Below the pieces are notes generated by a model. It ran no database searches. It had not been told where the DNA came from and worked only from the letters and a program-made list of their open reading frames with translations. The position numbers were made by a program, and so were the translations under genes. A stretch of 60,530 bases of DNA, the filler included, from Basidioascus undulatus (taxonomy: Eukaryota), in assembly GCA_000826855.1 (NCBI GenBank). It is 5 parts of 5 records of this genome, joined end to end, with 100 filler letters (N's around TTAATTAATTAA, not from the genome) between each part and the next. Parts side by side here need not be neighbours in the genome. Positions count along the whole stretch, not along the records: positions 8,013 to 15,921 come from JTLS01001468.1; positions 16,022 to 23,917 come from JTLS01001469.1; 3 more parts are not named here. The stretch is one strand, 5' to 3'. Every line of letters begins with the position of its first letter. The stretch's first letter is position 1. Shown here piece by piece: positions 11,085 to 24,017 of the stretch.

Positions 11085-13998
11085 ATGGCGACGCCAAAAG
11101 CCTTATTGAACATGAAAGCGGACGGGCCGAAGAAGCACGATGCGCCAGGAAAGCAACGACAGGACGTCAACGTCCTCGCAGTGTCGGACGCCGACAATAT
11201 GCTGGAGAACAAGTTTGGCTATGCGGCGGAGCTGCCTCGGGTGAGTAGAGCGTCTGTCGATTTTGACGATATTGCTAGGCTGGTGAGGTCTTACGGGATC
11301 TTGTGGGCAGCATCGGTCACTATTCAACATGCTGCTGAGTGCGTCTTCCTTTGCCGGGCTGCGGAGCTATGGGCGCGCTGACCTGCTTATCTCCCCGCAG
11401 TGGCAATCGTGATTGCGAGCGTGCCTTATGGGCTGTCCACGACGTTCAGTATGTTTTCTATGCTACCTTGCTTCTGGACAGTCAGAGGACCTGCTGACAG
11501 GCTATCATTGCCGCTGCTAGCCTTCTCGCTCACGAACGGCGGTCCGGTAACGGTCATCTGGGGTTGGATTCTTATTGCCTGCATCAATGTTTGCGTCGCG
11601 ATCTCGCTCGGGGAGATCAGCTCTAAATTCCCAGTCTCTGGAGGAGGTGCGTCTTCCGTCTTCATTTCGTGTTCGGCCTTCCAAAGATCGCTTACTTCGG
11701 GATCGCCAGTCTACTACTGGTCGTACATGCTGAGCCCGCCGAAGCTGGCGCCCTTACTCAGCTGGATCTGTGGTTGGGTTTCATTGGTCGGTAAGGCTGC
11801 GCCGCACACCTTGTTCGCTCGCAGGTTGGAGCTCACTCGAGGAGCAGGCAACATCACCGTCACGCTCTCTACCAATTTCGGGTGAGCACGGTTGATGGTG
11901 CGCTTCAAGCCTCACGGCTGTTCACCTGCTTTACGAACAGAACGACCCAGCTGCTTCTGGCTGCCGTCAACAGTACGTCTCGAACTCATGCGCAAAAAGC
12001 AGCGGCGTTGAAGCTAATCCGACCTGTACAGTTTACCGGGAGGACTACGTTGCCACGGAATGGCAGACGGTCCTGGCGTTCTGGGCACTGTGAGCCACCT
12101 CACGCGGTGGTTGAAGAGATGGCGGCTGACAAGTGCATGAGCCCGCGCAGGACGGCCTTGATCAACATCGTCTCCATCGTTGCACGCAAGTACCTTACGA
12201 CCTTGGACGTGCGTGTACCTGGTCTCTGCTCTACGGAGATTCCCGCTGACTCCGTGGCGCAATTCCAGACTTTCTGCATCGCGTGGATCTTGGCAGGGTG
12301 GGTCTTCTCCACTCTGATGGAAAGCATGTCACGATTCTGACCCTCGCCCACCATCCTGTCTGCAGGACTATCGCCACTGTGATCACACTCTCTGTTAAGG
12401 CCGAGGCTGGGCGCCACTCGGCCGACTACGTCTTCACGTACTTTGACAACGCGGGCACGGGCTGGCCTGCTGGCTGGGTCAGCAACCTCCTCTCATCGGG
12501 AATGTCACGGGAATGAGCTGACTTGAGATGGTCGATGACAGAGCTTCATGGTCGGCTTGCTCCAAGGCGCATACTGCTTCTCCGCGACGGGCATGATCCC
12601 GGCGATGTCGGAAGAGTGAGAGACTCTCGAAGTAGACCTGCCTGTGTTTGGTGGCTGATGTCCGCCTCTGCAGGACCAAGGACCCCGAGATGGACATCCC
12701 CCGCTCGATGGTGTGGAGCGTCATGATCAAGTACGTAGTACGCCTGCTGCTGAAGTGATGCAAAAGTTGATGCGTGGTTCCGACCGCAGCGGCGTCACGG
12801 GCATAGTCTTCCTTCTCCCCATCCTTTTCACTCTTCCGGACATTACTACTGTCCTGTCCAGTATGTTTGATTTCTCCTAACAGTCATACACCACGATATA
12901 GACGCTCACAGGTGCTATGGCTTTCTACAGGCGCGACCAGTCAGCCTATTCCTGCGATCTACAAGCTGGTCACTGGGAGCAAGGGTAGCGCGTTCGGCCT
13001 GTTCTTCGTCAGTACGTTCGCAGTCTGCTGTTTTGTTGGTGTGTGAAGACGCTCAACCTTCCTGAACTGGTACAGTCCTTTTCAACGGTGTCGTTTGCGG
13101 TCTAGCTTGCGTGCAAGCATCGTCGCGCTGCACTTGGGCGTACGTGATCTTCCCCGTTCACTTTGGGACCTGGGCTGAAATTCCATTCGCTACATCAGTT
13201 TTGCTCGTGACGGTGCCGTTCCCGGCTCGAGGTGGCTCTCCCAGGTCAACCGCCGCCTCGGCCTCCCCATCAACGCGTACATCCTGTCGACCACCGTCCA
13301 GTGCCTCCTCTCGTGCCTGTACTTCGGCAGCTCGGCCGCTTTCAACGCATTCTCGGGTGGTGAGTCGGCCTCACTCTCAACGAGCTTGTTGATGTTCAAA
13401 GCTTAGCGGCGCGGCGAGAACTCAGTGTCCGTCATCTGCCTCGGCACTTCCTACGCCATTCCCATCTACATCAGCTGGTGGCGCGGCCGCAAGGCGATAG
13501 CGAACGCCCGCTACTTCTGCGGCCGGCTGGGGTACTTCTGCAACATGTACGTTTGAGGCAACACTTTACCACCGAACCATGTCGCTAACACGAGTTCGGT
13601 TGCCAACTTTCCAGCGTGGCGATGTGCTGGTGCGTAGAGATCTTGCTTTTCCGCCTAAATTCTTGACTTACTCAGCACGACGTGGAAATAGGTTCGCTTT
13701 TGCGATCCCGCTGTTCTGCTTCCCGACAACGACTCCTATCACGAAGGAGACGATGAATTGTGAGTCTCCTTTCATTCTTCTACCCTGGCCAGATCGTTCC
13801 TTTACAAGGCTGTTCTCCCGTGCAGACGCCTCCGTCGTCTTCGTCGGCTTCACTCTCATCTCCGCGGCCTGGTACGTTATCCACGGGCGCACCAACTTCC
13901 GCGGCCCGCCGATGTCGGAGATCGTCGAGGAGCTGGGTACGGTGCCGAACCGCAAGCCCGCGGACGAGTCTTCGTCTGAGCCGGCCAAGGAGGACTGA
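11085..13998 (+). CDS. APC-superfamily permease (GABA/polyamine/choline type, UGA4/TPO5/HNM1-like) with more than 20 introns
   Basis: FGYAAELPR, GGPVTVIWGW, SLGEISSKFPVSGG/VYYWSY, GLLQGAYCFSATG, ASSRCTWA/FARDGAVPGS, SSAAFNAFSG and MNYASVVFVGF motifs splice together with GT-AG introns. Confidence 0.9.
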
Positions 13999-15202
13999 AC
14001 GCATACTTCTCTTCGTACCCTAATTTTTTTAGATTTATCCCCCTTCGGAACGTGGAATAGATCTTATGATACCCATTCACTTGCGTGTGTGTTGTCAACG
14101 GCGTGGGCTGTAAGGGCAAATGTGCTGAGTTAAATTGTCACTTTCGTCAATCTTCTCCGCTACTCAGTCCTCGTTGCCCATTACCGGCTGCAGTGGCAGT
14201 GTCGACAGTGAGCTTGAATACATGTCTGCTCTACGCTGAACTTCGTTAGGCCTTGGAAATAGACATTCACCTCTTGCGGCACTTTTGACACGGATGTTAT
14301 TAGGAGACATTTCACATTAGATGCGATAGATACCAAAAGCTGATCAACACTCGGCGGGACTACAATGTGAAAATTGGACGTTAAAGCGTCGGTCTACCTA
14401 CCATGTCGGTTAGCGTTCGCCGCTTCGCACAGCGCACTTGTCTGCGGCCCGGCCTGTGGCGCAGAACACTTCCATCCATTGCACCTCGCCCCTAGCTTCC
14501 CTCTTCTCCAGCATTCCCTTGATCATGGTCCATTTAGCCTCGAGCGTGAGCTCCGTCCGTACTGGGCGTGCCACACTCCATCGTCAGCGTCGGACACTTT
14601 CTCCACCCCCTTCTTGATCGCCCTCGTCGCGCTGGTGTAGGCATTGAAATAGTTCAGACTCACCCATAAATACCATTAAAAGCAGTGACCCCCGCTTCAA
14701 AGTCCTCAACCTAATCCCCACTCCGTACTGCTGTCGAGTGCTATGCTATTGTTCACGAGCAGTCTCAGGAATATTAATTATCATTACCTGGCAGTGCATG
14801 GCCTTCGAGTGCCAACAAGCGCAAATTGAGCCAATTCTTTAAGAAATGTCGACACAGTCAGTCGAAGGCTTCAATAGTAGTACCCACTCCACGGTAGAAA
14901 CGTTGTAGCCTCAATAAAATTCAGGTCGCGAGCAAGAGCAACGTTGCCCCGAGAATTGTTTAGAAAGCAGGGGCGAGGCAAGGTCGGCAGACGAGGTCTT
15001 GTCAAGTACTAAATTGGCGCTCCTATCACACTGTTCAAACTTGCAAGTGTGTTGGCCCACCCGAGGCGACCACCGCCGTTGCCTCATCTCCACTGCTCAA
15101 TAATCATCATCATTTTATCAACAGCACTCTCATATAGCACCCACCGTCCTCCCGAATTTCAATTTCGTTCCATAACCGGCCTCATTGCCCGCCGCGCCCA
15201 AG

Positions 15203-15921
15203 ATGGCGACCCCCTCGTCCTACACCCCCAACGCCACGCCCTCCTCCGCCCTCGTCCCATCCCGCCCACAAACGCTCATTATCCCGTCCAATGCGTCGAA
15301 ATCGCTGGACCGTCAAATAGTGTACGCACCTTCCCTCTCCCACCATATTGTCAAGCAATCTCACCCCCGCCCCACCCTTGCAGGCTGTCGGAGGAAGCGT
15401 ACCTCGACGCCCTCTCGCAGATCATCAAGCGGGATTACTTCCCCACACTCGCTCGCCTCGACGCCCAGGCATTATCCGCGTCATCATCCGCCTTCCCCAC
15501 CCCCTCCCGCGTGCACCCCGAGTATTCCCCCTTCCTCGACCCGGCCTCCACGCCCGGCCTCACCCCCTACGCCGCGCGCCCGTCCGAGACGCCCCTCCCC
15601 TTCCCTTCCCGCTTGCGCTCGACGAAGCGAGAGGGGGAGTACGACTTCTCCCATCTCAGCTTGGACGAGTTCCAAGCGCGCTTCACGTCAGAGGATAACG
15701 CATCGTTCGCGCACTTGCTTGAGCGAGCGAATGAGCAGCGGAGGGAGCGCTATAGCTGGGCGTACGAGGCGGAGGCGGGGGCGAATCGGCGGAGGCTGGG
15801 TGCGGCGGAGGGGATGGGGAGGAAGGTCGAGGAGGTCCGGAGGCTTGTGGAGGGCGGGGAGAGAAGGTTGGTGGAGGATGGGCTGGGAGGGGGGAGCGTG
15901 GATTGATGGACTCGCGGTTAG
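15203..15921 (+). CDS. ESS2: Splicing factor ESS2/DGCR14 (Es2 family), 3' truncated
   Basis: SLDRQIV/LSEEAYLDALSQIIKRDYFPTL...LSLDEFQARFTSEDNASFAHLLERAN...YSWAYEAE. Confidence 0.9.
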
Positions 15922-16021
15922 NNNNNNNNNNNNNNNNNNNNNNNNNNNNNNNNNNNNNNNNNNNNTTAATTAATTAANNNNNNNNNNNNNNNNNNNNNNN
16001 NNNNNNNNNNNNNNNNNNNNN
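15922..16021. other. Artificial contig spacer
   Basis: N44-TTAATTAATTAA-N44. Confidence 0.99.
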
Positions 16022-16249
16022 GACCCCCCGTCCCCCAACCCTCCCCACCCCATCAGCGGCCCCCTCGACCTGACCCGCTTCCTCACGTCCACCCTGCTCG
16101 TCTCCGCCGCGGCACTCCCGCCCGTCCTCGCCCACGCGGGCGTACTCGCCCCCGTTGCGAGCGTCATGGCCGTCGCCGGGGGTGCACTCGTCTACGGGAC
16201 GATGGTTGCGTTTGGGGACGCTTTTAGGGGGGCGGAGGAGACTTTCTGA
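16022..16249 (+). CDS. VPS55: Vps55/LEPROT family membrane protein, 3' end only
   Basis: PLDLTRFLTSTLLVSAAALPPVLAHAGVLAPVASVMAVAGGALVYGTMVAF...TF* matches the Vps55 C-terminal transmembrane pattern. Confidence 0.8.
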   Translation, partial: DPPSPNPPHPISGPLDLTRFLTSTLLVSAAALPPVLAHAGVLAPVASVMAVAGGALVYGTMVAFGDAFRGAEETF

Positions 16250-16419
16250 GAAGGGGAGACAGAGGGAGAGAGGGAGGGGGCATGGATGGGAGTGTTGCTG
16301 TGCTTGATACGGGTGCGTTCTTGTCGTAATGCGCTAGGGGGGGTGCTGTCGGGTGCTATGGGATGCTGTGGGGTGCAAGCCAGTGCGCGAGGGTGGGAAG
16401 AGAGGAGGGTGGTTGAGAT

Positions 16420-19122
16420 TCAGCCGGGCCGGGGAGTGTATGGGATCGAGAACGCCGAGCAGCGTCTAATATCTGAGGCAACCTCAACCAAGCGCCAGGT
16501 CGGGAACTTCTGGCCGAGGAAGGCTCGCAGCGGGCTACTTGTCAGGACCTGCTTCGGCGGGCAGGGGGGAGGACGGAGGGCAGACCAGCTCCTCAGGCCA
16601 GGTCCGGCCTCGTCACTGTTAGTATTGGCCACAGACCCACCCACCTTTCAGACACGAAAACCACCCATGAAAGACTGCTCTTGTTTGAGCGATGGCGGGA
16701 CAAGCGGCAGTGAATGTCGCGCATACACGCAACCGCACAGTCATGGTCTCCTTGGAGCAGAGGCATCCTGCCGACGCGACAGCATGTATGCCATGCCAGT
16801 GCCACCCGCATGCGAGAGAGCCGCTACGGAACCCTAGTGGCCTGATCCCCCGGCCCAACAGCGTTCGACGCCTCGACGACGTCAAAGCGGAGGGTACTTT
16901 GGGGGAAGAGGGTGTTGCGGTGGTGCAGTCGGAGCAGCTTACGAGTGGGATGGCTTTCCTGGAGATTCACCCACTGTATCTTGGGGATTGCTTTAGGTGA
17001 CAGGCTTCTGTGGATCCAGCGGTATTGCAGCGGCAGCGTCCGACTGCGCTGCCGGAGCACCCTACCGTGTGGCAGATAGAAGATGGATCGACAATAATAA
17101 TAGTACAACAGTTTCTCGGGCAAAGACAACACCAGAAAACAGCTGAAAGGCAAGTGGTCGATGCAGGCAATGCAATCGGAAATGGGGTGCGCTCGTAAAG
17201 GCGGCGAGAGCGCAGGGAGGGTGGGAAGAAGGGAGGTCGGGCCGCCCAGCTTTGAAGGTCGGCGACGGTGGCCGGAAGCCCGTGCGCGAACATCGCGTCC
17301 TCGTCGAAAACGGCAGGGCGAGCGCGAGGGGATGAAGGAAGGGTGAGGGCGCGTTCATCGACGCTCGTGAGAGGGGCGGGGATGTCGGCATCTCCCACGA
17401 TCCGGATGCGCCGCCGCACGTCCTTCACCGAGGCCGAGTCGAAGTGAGCCGAAGACGTGCGATACGTCTAATCGAGCAAGTTGAGTTAGCCAGAATGTTT
17501 CCAACAAAGATGAAAACAGATGAAAACGCACCTCCCTCTCCAACTCCTCATCAGTCCGCAACCTCGCGCCACCACCCGCTGAGCGCGAAAAAGCCCTGCC
17601 GGTCCTTGCTGATGCACACGAGCCTTACGTCAGGGAAAGCGGGCTCGAACACGACGTAGGCGTGAACGAAAGACGAGGAGTCGAGGCGCGGGAGGCAGAT
17701 GGGGAGCCAGGACTCGGACGTGCGCAGCGAGGTGGAGGATAGGACGGTGTTGAGGAGGAAGTGCAGGTCTGCGACAAGCGGAAGCGCGTAAGAGAGAACG
17801 CCACTACAGCAAGGAATCAGAGCGATAGCGAGCCTGGGGATGAATCGAGTGATTGCGGGGACGGAGAAGGGTCACGACCTTGCCGTGCGAAAGCAGGATC
17901 ACGTAGAGGAGGTTGGCCTGCTGTTCGAAGTTGTGAGGGACTGCACGATGGATCAAGAGTACGATGATTACGCACCCTGATCTCCTTCGGCGGTAACAGT
18001 GATTCTCCGACAGACTGTCGCAAGCCAGGCTCCATGCACAGATGCTGTAAACCGGCGAGCAGGATCGTGAAATCGTCCCTCAGGCGAACGAGCAGCGAGC
18101 GCAGGAAGCCCTCGGTTCCTGCCAACCTCAGAGGACGTTTAGTGGGTGGAGTTAACTTGAGGCAATCCACAACTGACCTTCCAGTAATCGCCGCAAGTCA
18201 AAATTGCTACGCTTCGAGAAGATCCGATGCAGCTGCGTGGACGATACGACTTGAAGGTGAAGGTATTCGAGATGAAGCCGAGAGTGTGTATATGTTGTGT
18301 TAGTAGCGGTCTAGAGCAAACAACATACCACAGACTCCGGTTCGCCAGAGTAGACACGCATACGTAGTACAGCGGCGCGTGCAGGAGGAAGGTGATGCGA
18401 AGAGAGCCAGCTTTGATTGACCTGGCATCAAAAGGAGTTCAGCATCCTAACTTTCGGGTGCGGTAGTTCCTGGACAAACCGAATCTTGTCGTCGTCGGCA
18501 AAGATCGAGATGAGTGCTTGCATGACGCCCATAGCAGAGGTGGTGTCGTCGTCCTCATCGACCTCGTCCCTGTAAGAGATCTGTCAGCGATAGCTGTAAA
18601 GGACCCGAGAAAATCGGGTGACGCGCGACGTGAAGACCGGCTTCCCAGCCGATGTGAGCACAAAGTAGCGCCTCTGCGTCGAGGGAGAGCTTTCCCTTTC
18701 CTCTTCTTCTCGGTACTCTTCCTTCCGCACTTGACGTGCGCGAACGCTCCAGCTGTGCCCTGAGGAGCGCGCGCGCGTCCTCGCCATCGCGCTCATCTCT
18801 CTCCCGGTCCTGACCACCGCCGCCGTCGCTCGAGCCCGCGTCGTTCGGCTTCGCTAGAAGAGGAGCTTGTGGACGACGCGAGGAGGGTGTTGATTCGCGA
18901 CGGCTGGTAGCCTGCCGAGCTGTCCGATTCAGGGAGAAGAACACCGCCGGCGAAGGTGGAGACGGTCGTCGTCGCGGGAGCGGGAGTTGCGGTCCCGGAC
19001 AAGCTCGAAAAGGCGGAATGCGCCGAAAGTAGAGAGGTCTCCGAAAATTTAGCAGCGGGGAAGCTCGGCGAGAGGGCGCTGGTGACGGTCAGATGAGCAC
19101 CGGGAGTGAGGGAGTCCGACAT
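16420..19122 (-). pseudogene. MON1: Vacuolar fusion protein Mon1 (Rab7/Ypt7 GEF subunit) with disrupted reading frame; ends approximate
   Basis: RYFVLTSAGKPVFTS, MGVMQALISIF, LEYLHLQ...NFDLRRLLEGTE, VTLLRPRNHSIHP/DLH and ESWLPICLP. Frameshift between YVCVST and GEPESV (~18347), defective donor at ~17833, and TGATGA stops at 17548-17553. Confidence 0.75.
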
Positions 19123-19829
19123 CCGCGGTCGAAAGCGCTAGTGTCGAGAGCAAGGCAGGTCGATCAGCCGCGAGGAGGGCAACGATAAGATCAGGCTTAT
19201 TGGAGGGCGGGATATGCTCGAAACTGATTGATCGATCGAATATGCTGAAGAACGGTCGCATGAGCGAGACGACAAAGACCTGTGCCAACAGCCTAACGCA
19301 GACCTCAAGCTGGTCCGGCGTGAGACGATCCCCGCTCATCCGGCAGAGTCGTCAGATGGTTTTCAAGATGTTTAGCAAAAGGAGCGTGCATTTGAGCGCG
19401 AAGTGAGGGGTCGCCAGTCATGGTTCCGTCAGTACGAGATGGGTGAGAGATGAAGGTAAGAAGGTGAGCACCGCCGGCAGTCAGCGGCGTCGCGGCGACT
19501 AAGCGACGTTTTACATTACATCTTTCACAGCAGACAAAGTCAAACAACTTACTACACTCAATATCTACGGGATGACCTCCTCGACAGTCCTTGAGGAACA
19601 CTCGAAGAGGCTCGCGAATGCCGTTCTTGCAGCGCCGTGCCGCCCGCCGGCTTGAGGGACAGAGTTGCGAAGCTCGCTCTCGCCAGTAAAGCAACGTATG
19701 GCAGCACAGCCTCTAGCAAATATACAAAGTCGTATCGTGTATGTCACATCATAGAATAATCTGTCCACAGGCGCAGTGTCCTCGCATAACGTAATACAAG
19801 CCGAAAGCGATCCGGCGGCCGAACTCACC

Positions 19830-21905
19830 TCAACCGATGATAGCGACCATGCAGTCCCTGTTGTCGCCCGACGTCTCGCCGCGCACGCGCGCGGTAAGCG
19901 TCTTGCCGTACTTGGCCTGGTACGCGTTCTTGATCGCCTCGAAGCGCGGGCGGTTCCAGTGCGCGCGCACGGTGCGGTAGATCAGGCGCTCGTCCTTTGT
20001 TCCGAGTCTGCGGAGCGAAGCAGAGGTTCAATTCGTGTTCGAGGAACGAGAAAAGGGGGGAGGAAGAACCCACCCTGCCATGGACGCTTCCAACAGCTCC
20101 GCATCGCGCTGCACGGCGTGCCCGTCGTCCTCGACCCCACGCGCGATGTACGACAGACCGTCCTTCATGTGCCCCGAGCTGGGAGGAAGCGCGAGGATCA
20201 GATCTGCATTCGCGCGACACGAAGAAGTGATGGCAAGCGTACTACTCCTTGGAGATCGCTTTCGAGAGCTTGTTCTTGTGCTTGGCCTGGTACTGCTGCG
20301 CGACGGCACGGAGGTGCTCGTCCGAGCGGTTAAGCATGATCGCGGAGATGGCGATCTCGTCTGTCCCCATGCGGCCTTCGCCTGCGCGGTACCTTCCATC
20401 CAGTCCAGGGGTAAGCTCCTTCCCGCCTCATCGAACTTCAAAGCGAACGCACAGAGCCTCCACGTCCGCCGCCACGCGCCCAGGGTCGACATACCCCTCC
20501 TCCTCCCGGTTCCCGACCAAAGCCATGTTGAACATCCGCTCGGTCTTGGCTGACAGCTCGGAACGGATGACGGAGGGCAGGTCGCGCCCGTAGGTGGCTT
20601 GGTAGGCGGATTTGAGCGCGTAGATCTCGGCTGGAGAGGAGAGGGTCTTTATGAGTCGACAGTAAGGGACGAAGGCGACAAACCAACGCACTATTCGTAC
20701 GGCCGAGCAAGACCTCGTTCAGCAGGTCTTCCTGCGTTCCGGCGCCGGAGGAAGCACTGTTTCGTGAAAGTCAGCACCGCCGGATAGTTGGATATAGATG
20801 AAAGATGCGCACCGGTTCAAGAGCCACACGTCGAATGCTATCGGGCCGAGCACGACAGCCCGGAGCGCGTACTGGAACCACGAGGAAGTCTCTTTCTCGA
20901 GCTGCGGGACTGAGTGTCAGCTTGGGACAACTAGGAATGGAGTGAGTAAGAGCGTGCGTACCACTTGCACGAGAGGTTTCCCCACCAGAGACTCTGGAAG
21001 TAGGTTGTCAGTGCTCTGATGGGAGGATGACTCCGAAAAAAAAGAAATCTACCGAAGGCCCTCCGCAATGCGTCCGCCTGGAAAGCGTCCAGCGGCGCAA
21101 TGACGCTTATCAACGCCTTCTCGTCCGTTCCCCACCCCTTCAAAAACAAACACGGCGTCAGCGCGCGATCAAACGAGTTCGACAAGAAATCCGGCACCTT
21201 CGTAGCCTTCCTGACCCTCTCCACCGCGCCGTGCACGTCGAACCCAGGCGGCGCGCTCTGCAGGGGCGGCGCGGGCGGCGCGGGCGGGACTTGGACGCCG
21301 AGGTACAGCACGGGGCCTTGCTGGGGAGCGGAGTAGCCGTAGGTCTGCTGAGGAGGAGGGGGGGCGCCGTAGGGGATATGTGCTGGAGGGGTTGCGCCGT
21401 AGGGGCTGTGCGCGGGCGGGGGAGGGCTGTGGGTGGGTGGAAGTGGGTGGACATGAGCTCGTTCTACGAATAAGCGGGGTGAGATGTGCGGGTTCGACGT
21501 ACCCGCCATACGGCGACTGCTGGGAAGCTCCGTATCCTCCAGGTGCCGCCGGAGAGCCGTAGCCTCCAGGGGCGCCGTAGCCCGACGGAGGCGCACCGGG
21601 CGGAGGGGGGAAGCCGCTGCCCATCGAGCAACACGTCAGTACAACGGCAGCTCGAGCTCGTTCAGCCTGGCTGCTCGGGCTCACCCTTGAGGAGCAGGAT
21701 ACCCGCCCTGCCCCGGCGGAGGACCAGGAGGCGGTGCGTGCCTGCCGGACAAATCGAACGCTTCAGCAACGAACACCCAGAATGGCTAGGAATCGAGTTG
21801 AACCCACCCCCCGTAGCCGCCCTGCCCATACTGTTGAGGAGGAGCGCCCCAGCCCTGCTGGGGCGGCGGGGGATACGGCGGTTGTTGTTGGTTGTAGTAG
21901 GACAT
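19830..21905 (-). CDS. Annexin with long Gly/Tyr/Pro/Gln-rich N-terminus (annexin A7-like fungal annexin)
   Basis: MSYYNQQQPPYPPPPQQGWG...; annexin repeats KATKGWGTDEKALI, GAGTQEDLLNEVL, GEGRMGTDEIAI, MAGLGTKDERLIYR and ETSGDNRDCMVAIIG*. The introns checked splice in frame. Confidence 0.93.
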
Positions 21906-22341
21906 GTGTTCAAGTCGTGGAAGGGAGATTACGGTCCTCGAGATGATGAGGGTGCAGAAGGAAGACCAGATCGGAGGATTTCGAGTATGGGGAGATGGCA
22001 GTACAAACGAAGGCGGTGCAACGGAAGTGCGGTGCTGCCGTCGGGGCTCGGGTGTTTCAGTCCGTCGATGACAGGTCTTGGCCGTTTGCAGCCATCTGTC
22101 CACCGGCTTGCATACGGCTTGCACTACTTCAATGCCATTCTTAACAGTGCATTTTGTTTTGTTCAGCTTATCAAGCAGCAAGTATAGACATCCGCACGGA
22201 GTACCGGGGATGCATCTTCCAATTGACAGACCTGTACAAGGAATACATTGAAAGACAGGGAACCAAAAGGGGGGGCAAGTTCAAAGAGATGCTCAGGTCC
22301 ATTAGACCAAAGTATGTAATAGCTACCACAAGTTAATTCAT

Positions 22342-22423
22342 GGGCATTTGGTGTAGGGGCTATCACATCTCATTCGCATCCTATGTGTTGAGGGGGTCCC
22401 CGGTTCAATTCCGGGAATGTCCA
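22342..22423 (+). tRNA. tRNA-Ala(CGC) with a ~9-nt intron
   Basis: Acceptor stem GGGCATT/AATGTCC plus discriminator A, with the G3:U70 Ala determinant. Anticodon arm TCTCA-TTCGCA[intron]T-TGAGG; T arm CCCGG-TTCAATT-CCGGG; downstream T-runs. Confidence 0.92.
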
Positions 22424-22787
22424 TTATTTTGAATTCTTTTTCTTGCTATCTGGATGTGGTCCTGACTTGAGCGTTAAATGTAAACATGAATTACTTTTCA
22501 TAACCGTTGGGTAGTCGAGTACACCACTCGACAAGGGTGTGACTGGGGGCGGTGACTACGGGAGTCGACGTTGGATTTCGGCGCTGTGAATTCGCCAATC
22601 GAGATTAGCCTCGATCGAAACGCGGGCAGCTGCGCCGCCTCCTCATCGCCTCGACCAGCTCGTTCCTTGCTGCCCCGCTCCCACTGCTTGGCTTACTCCC
22701 GTCATCATCATCTTACGCTCTTCCGAACCGAAACACATTTATTCTACTCCGTCTCGCCGCCACCATCCCCTTGGATACTCCCTGAAA

Positions 22788-23917
22788 ATGCGAGTCTTCC
22801 TCCCAGTCGCGTCCCCCCCAAATTGCCCTCGCGATCCGCACGCGAGTGCTGACGTCTTCATCGCCCTCCTCTCTTCTTCCTCCTCCAGGTCCGTCCAGCT
22901 CGACCCGTCCAAGGAGCTGGCGTTTGCACGTGCGTGGGAGACGATGTTGGGATTGTTGGCGACGCTCATTATGCGCAGGGTGAACAGGCCCAACGGTCGC
23001 GCCTGAACACGTCAAGGCCGGCACTGCGATCGAGAAAGAGACGCTGCGCATCAAGAACCCCGTACGCCGAGCACGCCTCAGCGCTCCTTACCTGTCCTGG
23101 TGCTGACGCTGCGCGGAGGACAGGGTGCCGCCCCCGTCGCGTTCAAGGTCAAGACCACTGCGCCCCGCGTGAGTCGACGCGGCCTGGCGCAATATGATAC
23201 AGACTGAGGATTTGGGCGGGGATCACAGAGCTACTGCGTCCGTCCGAACGCTGGGCGGATAGAGCCGGGGCAGACGGTCGATGTGCAGGGTGCGTCCGCG
23301 TTGCCGCAGCACCCCGCCGAGAGGCGTTCGGACTGATCGAGGACGGACCACGTGCATGCAGTCCTCGTGCAGGCGGTCAAGGAGGCACCACCCCCCGGCG
23401 CAAAGTGCAAGGACAAGTTCCTCGTCCAGTCCGTCGTGATTGGTGCCGACCGCGAGTGCCTGCCTCTGCCGGAACTGGTACGAGCGTCCCCTGTCCTGGG
23501 CATGCTGTGTTGGAATCGGGACTGATCCTGGGGGTGGGCGAGCAGTGGTCCAAGACCGAGCGCGAGGCAAAAGGCTCCATCTTTGAGCAGAAGATCCGTT
23601 GCGTGTGGAAGAGCCCTGGGTTCGAGACGGTCGAGGAGGGGCACTCGGACCTGGACGCGGGCGAAGCGAGCCGCCTCACCACCGCTGGTGACGTGCGTCT
23701 CCGTTCCTTCCCTCCCTTCTTCCCCTTCCCTCTCACCTCACCTCACCTCACCTCACATTCTTCTCCCACGCAGGACAAGTACGCGACGGTCCGGCAAGTG
23801 CCCCAATCGCACCTGACCAACGGCGACGTCTCGTCGAGCTCGGCCGTCGCGCCGACGCCGTTCCACCCGACGCGCGAGCTGCCCGACGAGACGCCCAAGG
23901 TGCCCTCCGCGGCGGCG
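22788..23917 (+). CDS. SCS2: VAP/Scs2 MSP-domain ER protein, 3' truncated
   Basis: MSVQLDPSKELAFAR...VAFKVKTTAPR/SYCVRPNAGRIEPGQTVDVQV...KCKDKFLVQS...IFEQKIRCVW. Confidence 0.92.
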
Positions 23918-24017
23918 NNNNNNNNNNNNNNNNNNNNNNNNNNNNNNNNNNNNNNNNNNNNTTAATTAATTAANNNNNNNNNNNNNNNNNNNNNNNNNNN
24001 NNNNNNNNNNNNNNNNN
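23918..24017. other. Artificial contig spacer
   Basis: N44-TTAATTAATTAA-N44. Confidence 0.99.

Noticed and set aside
22514..22543. GTCGAGT-ACACC-ACTCGAC hairpin with downstream GGTGT, as a possible pseudoknot
   Set aside because: It is short, a fully paired 5-nt loop is sterically unlikely, and there is no sign of transcription.
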